NCBI RefSeq assembly: GCF_006345805.1
Contig: NC_043005.1
Span: forward strand, 5,766,001-5,830,000
DNA from: Octopus sinensis
Lineage: Eukaryota
Length of the DNA: 64,000 nucleotides
Direction: 5' to 3'
Positions 11,870-23,184 of this stretch are shown here, in pieces. The position numbers and the translations under genes are program-made. Every line of letters begins with the position of its first letter. Positions within the stretch are counted from its first letter, which is position 1. The notes beneath the pieces were generated by a model that searched no databases, had not been told where the DNA came from, and saw only the letters and a list, made by a program, of their open reading frames with translations.

Positions 11870-12156
11870 TCACCGTGATCACCGTGACCGATCAGGCAAT
11901 CAGATGTTGCTACACACCGCTGGTCACAATGCGCTTCGCATTGTTTTAGCCTTCAAATGACGCCACCCCGCTGACTAAGCGAGCAGACCAACAGAAGAAA
12001 GAATGAGAGGAAGTTGTGGAGAAAGAGTACAGCAGGGATCCTCCCCCCTGCCGGAGCCTCGTGGAGCTTTAGGTGGTTTCGCTCAATAAACACTCACAAC
12101 GCCCGATCCTACGAACGCGAGTCCGCTGCCCTAACCACTGGGCCATTGCGCCTCCA
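11870..12156 (-). mobile_element. tRNA-derived SINE, family C
   Basis: Reverse-strand head GGAGGCGCAATGGCCCAGTGGTTAGGGCAGCGGACTCG; body shared with 26815-27095. Confidence 0.8.
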
Positions 12157-12959
12157 CACACACACATATATATATATATAAGGGGTACATTTGATAAGAT
12201 AGTATGAGATGCACTGCCTGAAATAAAAACGAGATGGTCATAGTGGAACGTCTTCTGTCATTGGTTTGTCATTCAGAGCTCTACCGTTACTAAACATGTA
12301 CGGTATAGCACACTGGTTTTGAATTCGTGGCACTGGCGGTTAATTACATTGTGTGTAGATTGCACGTGGGAAAACTGTTTTATAAGTAGTATTTGTGTAT
12401 ATCGTGAATAATAAGTTTTTCAAGACATACAATCTCTCAAGTTTTAAATCTCTTTCAAAAATATACGGGGCACCATTTGTGAACCACCAAAATATATAGT
12501 AATATTAGATCTCGGAGTACACACATGATGTTATAAATTATAACAAGTAAATATTGAGTTGAAAACCCATTTGGATTGAAAAAGTCGAAGGCTGCCCATA
12601 ATACTCGAACACGACATATATATCTCTTGAAAAGCAGTTTTAATTAAAACACTACTGCAACTTTTTATTCACTTCTGACTTGCTTACACTCTATTTTGAA
12701 GTAATCCACGGCCCAGATTTTTGATAGTTTGAGAAACCCTGTTCTAAAGCCTTAATCCATTTCATTCTGATCTGCAGGAAACTAGTCTTATGATAAAAAT
12801 TTTGTTTTAACGTGATCTGAGGCAAAATCTTCCATCAAAATTTCGTGTTTATTGTAATAGCTTAATTATTACAATCTCCATGGCGTATAAGTAACCAAGA
12901 TCACTTTCTTCCTGGTCTGGACGCAGCTCCGTTACAGGGTTCTAGGCGAGTCATTTTGG

Positions 12960-13140
12960 ATATGCAAGGGAACAAGTCAATCGCATCGACCCTAGCACTT
13001 GACTTGTACTTTATTTTATTGACCCTAAAGTGAGGAGAAGCAAAGCTGATCTCGGCGGGATTTGAACTCAAAGCATAAACAGCATTAGTGCTACTTAGAA
13101 TTTTGTCCGACGTGCTAACCATTCTGCAATTTCGCGGCCT
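12960..13140 (-). mobile_element. Degenerate family B SINE
   Basis: GATCTCGGCGGGATTTGAACTCA and CGTGCTAACCATTCTGC match family B. Confidence 0.7.
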
Positions 13141-15026
13141 TAAGATGATTGGATCTTCCAGAGGTGGATGACGTTTTGTAAAAACACGTTCCATTCATTT
13201 TAGGCCAGAAATATTAAAGGTACATAACTGAGGCTTGTCTATGTTAAGCAACTGGCATTACTAAATAATTCTCTCCCTTGAGCGACAGTTAACAGCATTT
13301 AATGTCGTAACAAACGCATTGTCTTGAAGAAAATTGTTGTGAGCAATATGGAGTAATGGCATAAAAGTGAAACATTCGTGCCTTGGGGTAAGAAATGCCT
13401 TAACCTTTAGAAAACAGTTGCTGTTGTGAGCAATAACATGGCAGGTTTAATGTGAAAGCACAGCAATGATATATGGACAAAGATTTTAAAAAGTTACTAA
13501 GGAAGAACATTAAGTTTGACTGAATGGATAAATTCAACTTAATAGGCAATGTTTTTCTGACTAGAATCTTAGCACCAGCCCCCACTCCGAAATTTCGTCT
13601 TTTTTTTTCCTACGTATTTACAGCTAGATGCCCATCCTGTCACCAACACACCCTTTTGGGGGGTTTTAAGGAATCTTTCATGATTTTGAAAGCACATAAT
13701 AAGTGCACCATTTTCTTTTTATATAAGTGAAGCCACTTGTTTGTATGTTTTTTAAAAATACCAACGTAAAGACAAACATGCACCTTTGTAAAAATATATA
13801 CAAGACTCCTTTCAGTTGCCATCGACCAAATTCACTCATAAGGCATTGGTCAACCTGGGCTTCTGCTAGAAGACACTTGTTAAGCATATCATACAATAGG
13901 ACTGTAACCTAAACCAGATGCTTGGGATGCAAACTTTAACCACACAGCCATACTTAACACCTAAGATTTAGGGAAATGCCTGAGAATCCCTTTTTGTGTG
14001 TACATGTGTGTATATGCTATTTCCACCATGACTGCCCTTCTTAGACATGCATACTGCCAACATTATTTGATTGCCCCCAGCACATAATTCAGTTACAATC
14101 TTTGTTAAATGAAACTGACTTAAACCCTTAATTTACCTCATGGAATTTACACTTAAGCAACACGAACTTCCATAGATTTTATCCAACCAAATTTCACCCT
14201 AAAAAGCAATAGTCAAAAAGTGATGTGCATTGGAATCCAAGAGCCCGGGAACAGGGGGTGCACCTGCACCCCTTGGAATTTTCAGGTGGTGCAAGATCAA
14301 AATTTGCACCCCCTACATAATTTTACCAGTTTCAGAAAATAGTGTCCAAAAAATTATCTGTATAAGATGCTTGAAGCTAGATTTCGTTTCAAAGCAAAAA
14401 CAAAGAACAAAAATAAATAAATAAAAGTGATGAAGCTGGGCTTAAAATTCCCAAGGGAATTTATGACTAAGCAACTTCTGAAGCAAAGAAGCATCAAATA
14501 AAAAGTATGTGACAACAACAACAATAGCAGCAAACGACAACATAGCCAGCATCTACGGCTACTCTTCAATACATAGCATTACTTGGATTCTTGAAGACAG
14601 CCCTATTCTGACAAAAATAGCTCCAAAATCTTGCAATGCTGAAAATGTGTGAAGGTTCTTGTCCTCTCTCAAGTTCTTTGAAGTTGATGTTGATAAAGAC
14701 TGACAACATGGTTGAATGGATTCGTCTGTTTGAACTCAGCCTAAAAATAAAAGTCCTTTAAAAATTCTTTCAGTCATATCAGTTTTCTCATTTGGGTTGT
14801 TAGGTCCAAAGTTTGACAAGGGAACAAAATGATTTATTTTTGTCTTTGATATTTAATGCTCATTGTTAAATGCTTTGATACTTATTGCTCATTCGAAATA
14901 CTAGTCCAGTTTAATAAAAAAAAAAAGATTTTGAAAGGAAACACTTAACTATAAATGATTGCAGACCAACCCTGAAATTACCTAATTTGCAAAGAAATGT
15001 ATTCAACAATATCAGATCCGCAGACG

Positions 15027-15290
15027 AGACTTCATGGAAAATTCGAAGGACTTCCTGGAAAATTCCAAGGGTGACACTTCCTGGAAAATTCCGAGTATTT
15101 TCTGGTAAGTTCCAATGTTAAGATACTTCTTGGAAATTTCCGAGGATGTGACTTCCACGAAAATTCCGAGCATTTCATGGAAATTTCCGAGGATGAGAGA
15201 CTTCCTGGAAAATCCCGAAGGTGGGACTTCCTGTGAAATTCCGAGGGTGAGATTTTCTGGAAAATTCCGAGGACTTGCTGGAAAGTGAAA
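15027..15290. repeat. Degenerate minisatellite, about 11 units of about 20-30 bp, core ACTTCCTGGAAAATTCCGAG
   Basis: Core recurs at 15031, 15052, 15078, 15100, 15127, 15153, 15174, 15202, 15228, 15254 and about 15275. Confidence 0.85.
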
Positions 15291-15884
15291 TCAAAATCAA
15301 AATTGCTGACGTGGCCGATGACAGTACCGCCTGATTGGCACTCATTCCAATGGAATATTAACAGCACATCTGAATGTGGGGTGTAACCGGCCCACTTATG
15401 GGTATCCCTCATTCATTAGACAATGAATTTTGCTTGCGAAGACCTATTGAGGCAATTGTAAACAAATCAAAATCGCTGATGTGGCCGATGACAGCAATTC
15501 CTGATCGGCACTCATGCCAGTGGAACATTAAAAGCACATCCAAGCGTGATCATTGCCAGAGCCACGGATTTGCTCCCATGCTGGGTGACACATGAAAAGT
15601 ACCATTCGAGCATGATCATTGCCAGCATCGCTTTACTGGCACATGTTCTAGTGGCACGTAATAACACCTTTTGAGTGTGGTCATTGCCAGAACCACCTGA
15701 CTGGTTCTCGTACCGGTGGCAGGTAAAAGCACCCACTACACTCTCAGAGTGGTTGCATTAGGAAGAGCATCCAGCTGTAGAAACTTTGCCAGATCAGATT
15801 GAACCTGGTGCAGCCTCTGGTTCACCAGTCCTCAGGCAAACAGTCCAACCCATGGAAAGCAGACATAAAACGATGATGATGGTT
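15287..15884 (+). mobile_element. RTE-LINE 3' tail element with internal duplication and (GAT)n tail
   Basis: Ends GCATCCAGCTGTAGAAAC..CCATGGAAAGCAGACATAAAACGATGATGATG. Internal repeat about 15287-15378 vs about 15464-15548. Confidence 0.75.
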
Positions 15885-15920
15885 ATATATATACATGATA
15901 GGCTTCTTTCAGTTTCTTAT

Positions 15921-16144
15921 TTCTTTACTGTCCACAAGGGCCCACACTCAGAGTGGACAAACAAGGACAGACAAATGGATTAAGTCAATTATATCGACCC
16001 CAGTGCATAACTGGTACTTATTTAATTGACCCCAAAAGAATGAAAGGCAAAGTCGACCTCGGTGAAATTTGAACTCAGAATGTAATGGCAGAAGAAATAC
16101 TGCTAAGCATTTCACCCGGCATGCTAATGATTCTGCCAGCTCAC
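15921..16144 (-). mobile_element. Family B SINE
   Basis: Matches 9475-9690. Confidence 0.8.
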
Positions 16145-16363
16145 CTGCTTCTTTCAGTCTCTGTTTATCAAATTCATCCACAAGGCTTTAGTCAGCCTGA
16201 GGCTATAGTAAAAGACACTTGCCCAAGGTGTCATGCAGTGGGACTGAACCAGGAATCATGCGGTTGAGAAGGTAGCCACGTTTGTGCCTATTCTTACTGC
16301 CCAGCTGGTGTTAGAGCACCTACAATGCTAGATGTTCTATATATAACAGCCACGTATATTTTC

Positions 16364-17313
16364 ATTACTGGTGACTTCAACTACCCTGAAATTGAATGGG
16401 AAACTTTCCGTTGGTAATAACACTTTACCACCACTCCTAGAACTGTTATCAGTGTTGTGACAAAGGAACCTCTAAGTGACTCAATCATGCTATGATCATT
16501 GCCAATCTGTTTCTTGTAGGCAGAAACAAGAAGCATCACAACCTTCAAACCACTCACTTTGACTGGAACTGTTACCGTAAGGGTTTACGACACCTAAACT
16601 GGTTTGAATTTTACAATCCAGGGGATATCAATACTGTTTTTCAAAATATCTGCAGTGCAATCTGGACTACATGTGAAGCACCACTACTGTACAAACGCTC
16701 TAGAAATAAAAACAATGTAATTTGGGAGACTGCAGCAGTTCGATTTGCCAGGAAAGATCCTTGTGATGCTGAACAGAAATAGACAGCATAGAACAGATGA
16801 GAGCAGAAGAAGATGCAACAGATCATCTAACTGACCCAAGCAAGCAACGAAAAAGGCAGTGCTTGAGTTTGAATGATGTATAGCAACTAGCCCTGACAGC
16901 AAAGTGTTCTGAAAATATGTGTGTGCAAAACAGAGTTCTCACTCCTAACTGGCCCTCTTCACGATCCCCACACAGGTCAGATGACTGATGACGCCAAGGA
17001 ATGCACTGAGCTTATTGCTGAATGCTATGCTGGCATTTTTACTGCTGATAACCCCAACGTATCTTCTTCCCCAACTCTGACATCAAATTCCATAACATCT
17101 GTGAAATCCACATCCACAATGCTGTGACACCACCTCAAGAATAAGTGCAACTATGCCTCTCCTGGTCTTGATGGTGTAACTTATTTTCTTATCAAATGTG
17201 GTGGGTTCTTTCTATTGCACCAGCTTTCTTCTTTTTGTCAATTCTGCCTTAACTGTGTCATTTCAGAGCACTGGAAAATTGCCAGTGTTATTCCCCTGTT
17301 CAAAACAGGTGAT
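16364..17313 (+). mobile_element. Degenerate CR1-group LINE ORF2 fragment (endonuclease end to RT start)
   Basis: ITGDFNYPEIEWETF (16364-), SPGLDG (about 17158) and WKIASVIPLFKTGD (about 17272-17313), with stops and frameshifts in between. Confidence 0.75.
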
Positions 17314-17664
17314 TGCAGTTTTCCTACAGCTGGATGCCCTTCCTAATGCCAACCACTCTGAGAGCGTAGTGGGTGCTGTTTTTTTTTGTGCCACTGGCCA
17401 ATTTCCTGCCTAGTACTCATTTCAGATCCCCAATTTATCTTTTCACTCCTAACTTCCTTCCCTCTATCCTTCTCATTGTACCTTTGGAACACAAGCACCA
17501 CTATTTTCTTTTTTTTTTGTTAGTTTTTGTTATGTAGTGTCCCACAGTTTGAAATACTTGCAATTTGTATTTTTACTGCTTATTTTAGCTTTGCTTGATA
17601 CATTTCCAAAATTAAACATTTTAATATGCAAAATATACTTCACATTATTATATATACTATGCAT

Positions 17665-18173
17665 TAATGCAAAAAAATATTGTGTTTATTGGCTATCTTC
17701 AAAATGATCACACCATCAATGGAAAATTTCAATACCAACTTCCTAAGGCAGTTATGAAAGGCTATCAAGACCAAACACCCAGAAAAACTGATGAATGGGG
17801 GTCTCGTTTCATTAGGACAATGCTTCAGCACACAAGTCCTTGGTTTCAATGGCTGCTGTGTGTGACTGGCTTTGAACTGGTTGATCACCCTCCCTATGTT
17901 AGTGATTTGGTTCCTGCTGGTTATCATCTGTTTCCCAACATAGAAAAACACTCAGCTGAGCACCAGTATCACTATGAGGAGAACATCTTATCTGTTGTTG
18001 ATGACCATTTTGATCAACAGAAAAGCTTCTTCGCCAGTGTGACCCAAGCACTGCAACTACTTATGGAAGTGTGAGGACAGTAAGAGGAACTATGTTAGAA
18101 AATGAACTTCATTTGGTCACATTCCATTGAAAGTGTCTAGCTCAGATTATGAACATTTCAGCCAAGCCTCATA
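17665..18173 (+). mobile_element. mariner (Tc1/mariner) transposase 3' fragment with right TIR
   Basis: ORF 17667-18074 contains GFELVDHPPYVSDLVPAGYHLFPN (decayed HPPYSPDL motif). TIR-like ATGAACATTTCAGCCAAGCCTCATA ends at 18173. Confidence 0.8.
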
Positions 18174-18475
18174 ATAATAAAAATTATTATTATTATACCT
18201 GCATTTGTTTTAATGTTAACATTGAAAAAAATCCACATTTGTCATGAAAAAATTAGGACCTGGGCTTGCACCCCCTTAGCAAATTTTGTTGCTGGGCCAC
18301 AGTTGGAATCACACCTAGAACCATGTGGTCCCAGGTTTTACCCACGTCATCAAATAGTAAAATAGTGTTTCAAGCAAAGAGTTGGCTTTCAACTTGCAAA
18401 ACATTTCTAATAATACAACAGAAAAATAAGAACAACAAAATTGTCTTTGAGAAAGTCTGACAACTTTCTCAGCTA

Positions 18476-18481
18476 TTTATT
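18476..18481 (-). terminator. Candidate calreticulin polyadenylation signal (AATAAA)
   Basis: TTTATT on the plus strand, about 500 nt beyond the stop codon. Confidence 0.45.
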
Positions 18482-18978
18482 TGTAAATTTACATATATTA
18501 CATCCTTTTGTTTTAAATTAAAAAAAATATATATAATAAAAAACAAAAAAGAAAAACAAAGTGACAACAGGACAAAAAACAACAAACAGACCATGTCAGT
18601 TCATGTCATGCTTGTAAAAACGAAGTACATTTCAAACACAGGCGGTTTTGATGTGCACATGAAAATGTAATTGACAAGATTTTTCAATAGCTTTGAAGAC
18701 ATTTTAGGTTCCAATCCTGTTGCCATTCTTCCAACAGACCATTGCTGCTGCTGATGCTGCTGCAGGGGAACCCAACATCCTGCTTAACATCAATATTTTC
18801 TCAAACAGATATTTTAACTGTGAGCCACAACTGATGTAGTTTCGGTCATCTTCAAATTAAAAGAGAGTCTTGTCACATGAATGATGAATTGACCCATCCC
18901 AGCCCATAGAGTCAGCCCAAACCCTCCCCCTCCCAAAGAAACAAGAAAGTTACTGGTTATGTAACTCAAGAAGCAGCT

Positions 18979-19002
18979 TTACAATTCTCCACCGTGGGAA
19001 TC
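18979..19002 (-). CDS. CALR: Calreticulin exon 11 coding part (DSHGGEL*)
   Basis: Strong acceptor TTTTTCTTTTTGTTTCAG, phase 0, GAT TCC CAC GGT GGA GAA TTG TAA. Confidence 0.85.
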   Translation of the reverse strand, partial: DSHGGEL

Positions 19003-22000
19003 CTGAAACAAAAAGAAAAACAGTTAAGTTTTGTTGAAGCATTTTCTTGACAAATAATTACTTAATTATCTCCCCTGAAGTTAGTTTTTGTTTTTTTAAG
19101 TTTAACATATTGCATTCGATTGCAGCCATACAGAAGCACTTCCTACCAAAAGCTATGTTGGCAGGAGCTTTTGATAGACCCACCCAGGTTGGACAGATCA
19201 ACTATTAAAGGCCAAACACAAAGCAATCTACTGATCCTGTAAGTTGAGACCGCGAGCACAATGATACAGCCCAGTGCCATAAAAACTAGTTTTTAAGTGG
19301 AAATAGCAAAAAGCTATTTGATACAACTGCTAAGCTATCAAGCTCACCAAAATCTGGCCCCTAACCCAGGACTGATGAAGCAGGAGTAAGTGACTAAATC
19401 TACCCCAGTACAACACAAAGAGATTCCACAGATTCATCTCCCAACCCATCGATCAATATGTACAATATCTTGTACTGTTTTGTTTCCAGCTCTGGTCCTA
19501 TTCCTGGATATATAGATGACCCCAGGTCAGAATTCAAACCAGGAACTTAAATTTCTGAACTCAAGTGATATCACTTTTGTAGGAAACTACTAAGCACAGG
19601 TTTTTACCTCTGGATACCAAAGGCTTGGTGAATAAGGAAATCATCCATTTAGGAATAAAAGTTTCTACTTCAAACCTAGTCTAGGACAACCAGACATCAC
19701 ATACTGGACAATGGAACTGACCAAAAGAACACACACACACACACAGGACAGGATACGCAAAACTGTCTTAAAATCCTTCTCACAACTGTAGTTGATAAAA
19801 TTCATTATCATTAAACTTTTGGAAATCAGTGAAATTGCTCCTGAACCTGAATTATTTTAGATTATATTTAATAATCTTTCTTTATCACAATCTCGCAAAC
19901 AAGGATACTAACATGCACAGATCGCAAGAAAATGAATTTAATTCTAAAACTGGATTAACATGTGCAAACATAGTAAGTCATAAGTTTCAGTAGAATACAA
20001 TCAGGACAAAATGTTTGAAATGCACATAACTTGGAAAACTTCACTTAGGCTCAATGCGTGTGTCTCTTTTCTGTGATTATACCTATTTCTGATGCTTTGT
20101 ACATCATATAGTCACCATATATTCACCAAATTCACAAAAGTAAAAAAATATATATATATATACCTTTTTGGGTTCTTCTTCCTCTTCTTCATCCTCATCT
20201 TCATCTTCGTCTTCCTCCTCATCATCTTTTTTCTTGTCAGCTTCTTCAAAATTAAAGATTAAAAAACAAAAATAAGACATTAACTGAAGATAAAATTGGA
20301 AGAAAACTTCAATGACTCCAGCTGTAAAAAGTGCCCAACCATATTCATTCCTTCAGAAGTCATGTCTACAGCTGTCACAGAATTAACCCACATGAAACCA
20401 CAGTTCAATTGTTCAGAGAACAAAAACAAGAGCTAAGACTTCTGTTTGAGAAAGAATGATTAGCTTCATTTTAAGAACTTCTTGTTTGTACCAGGGGTTT
20501 ATTAAGTGAATTTCTCTGGATTCATTTCTTCTTTCAATTTATGAGCTTGATGGTGGTTGGTGAGTTGGAATTCAGTGACAACGATTTATACACTGGATGC
20601 CCTTTCAAATGCCAACTACTTTATGGAATGTACTGCGTGCTTTTCATGGTACCAGCACTTATGAGGTACCCAAGTAAATTGCAAGTCAAAAGGAAAAAAA
20701 AAAAGAAGCTCCTGCAACTGAGTGGGAATGTATTTTGCAATGGGTAGGGACAAGTCTTTATGGTTCAAATTCCTGCAGTACTTAGGACTAAGAGAGCAAC
20801 TGAATCACCGAACAGTTTGGCCAAATGAATGCAGCACGGTTCTTAGATGTTACACTCTTTTTGGGTGCAACTCTTCTTGCTGCCATCATCATTACTGTTG
20901 AGGTGAAAATTAAATAGGTTTCAGATCTGCATCTACCTCACTGAAACATTTGCTACAGGAAAGAGAAATTTAAAATTGAAAAATAGAAACCAACCTTCAT
21001 CTTTCATTTTCTTTTCTTCTTCTTCTCGGACTTTTCGTTCTTCCTCTTCCTGTTGGTCTTTCATTTTCTTTTCAGGATCCTAAAGTAAAAAAAGAATAAA
21101 AAATTAGGAAATCTATCTACCTAACTCATAGCTACGGGTTTGAACAACTGTCACCACGGCAGTCTTACCGGTCAGTACCAACAGTCTCAAGTCAATGACA
21201 TCATTTAACATACACATTTCATTTCTTAAACAAGTTACTATCAAAACCCGTTTACAACAGTCAGATTTCACACCTAAGATGGGGAGTCACAAAAACATTG
21301 TAAGCTTCTTGTGATATTCATGTTATATAAATAATTTTTGGCAACTGTCGCCAAATAAACATCACCTATCAACACTACCAAATATCAGTAAATAACTTTG
21401 GTAAAAAGAAATCAACATTACCTTAGTTTTTGCCCATGTCTCTTTGGCATGTTCATCTGCATCTGCAACACTGTTACCAACAAATATGTTATCAAAGATG
21501 GTTCCAGATTTCACCTAATGAAATAAAAAGTTTTTTTAAAATCAAAATGCCAGAATATGTGCCCAATAAAATATTTCAACCATTCATATATAGCCTTGGA
21601 AGTGACCAATACCTTATAGGTATAAAAACTTTACAGAAGCCAGCTGTGTGGGGGGGGGGGTGAAAGAGAGAGAGAGAGAGAGAAGTTATGAGTGTATTAA
21701 GCAAAGAAATGTCGTCTGCAGGTCTTCAATAACACTAGAATGGTCCAGTGAAAAAAAAAAAAAAAAAAAACCCAACTTATTTGAAAAACAAGGCAAGAGG
21801 TTTGGCAACCGAAAGAGAATCAGCAAGCCTCAGCCACCCTACGCCAGCATGGAAATCAACACTAATTTCATGTGTTTGATTTAAATCAAACATACCTACA
21901 TAGTATTCCCATAGTGTATGTGCACACACACAGTTATATGTAAATACATCTATGAAGACACTTGCCCAAGATGTCACTCAGTGGGACTGTACTATGTGGT

Positions 22001-23134
22001 AATGAATGCATCTATTGATGTGATTAACAATTATATGGGTAAACCTGAACACCAAGAGTAATAAAGCAAGAACCTCAGTCCTATCAACATGGTTCACAAA
22101 CCAGCAAATGAACACATGTAGATATGAGAAATACAAACTCAAACATCCATACACACACACTCATTATATGACAACCTTTTTTCAGTTCCCGTCTACCTAA
22201 ATACATACCAGGCACAAACACAAAAACTGCTGTTGAAATTTAGAAAGACTGATAAACCAGTCAATCGATACTAAAAAAAAAGTGAACTACATTCCTAAAA
22301 TCCAACATTGTCCAATTCTCTGACCATGATTTGTACAGGTCATTACAATCAGAGTCAATTCTTAGAATCATAGCTCTCCAAGACAGGTTGGCAGATACAT
22401 CTCATTTGGCATGATTTCTTCAGCTTCGACCTGACAACCAGTCCCCCCCCTCTGCCATAAAAAATAGGTTTTACATCAGAGAATAGTGCATCCTTTTTGT
22501 AACTGATGGATGAAACCAGCAATCAGTTCTCTTACCCAAACGTGTCTCACTTTATATTTTAATAGCAAAATATTACCAATAATTCATAAACATACCATGC
22601 AAGTAACTTGGTGGAAACCATGTGCCCACAGTTGTGTATAATTAACACATATACTTTTAACATAAAAACAACAACAGGTCTTTACATTTTTACAAGTCCA
22701 ATGATATCTATAAGAACTATACTATCCTTAAATATGTTTTAGCCTGAAGGCCGCGGCCATGCTGGGGCACCACCGCTGGCAATGGTTTTTCTTTTTTTAT
22801 ACATGGAATTATGATTCCAGCACAATTGTCACATTGGAACTGCTAGTCCCATTAAGATTTGCTTGTTTACCATTGTTATAAGGCCCAGTCTGATCTGACA
22901 GTGTTTCTACAGCTGGATGCCTTCCTAACACCAATCACTCCGTGAGTGTAGTGTGGGTGTTTTTTACGTGCCAGGAGAGGCTGTCAACGGCCACGATCAG
23001 TTGGTGCTTTTTATGTGCTTTTATGTTTAGAAAACCAGGATCACATTCAGTTTAACCAACCATCATCTAATTGACTAGGATTTGGGAAAGACTTGCTTTC
23101 TATTCATGTAACCACATACAAGCACCCTCCTTGA

Positions 23135-23184
<50 letters not shown>

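Noticed and set aside
15027-15290. Repeat array as a CRISPR locus
   Set aside because: The units are degenerate and contiguous with no unique constant-length spacers, there are no cas genes, and the context is eukaryotic.
17667-18074. Functional mariner transposase
   Set aside because: 5'-truncated, frameshifted, and the catalytic-region motif is decayed (YVSDL instead of YSPDL).
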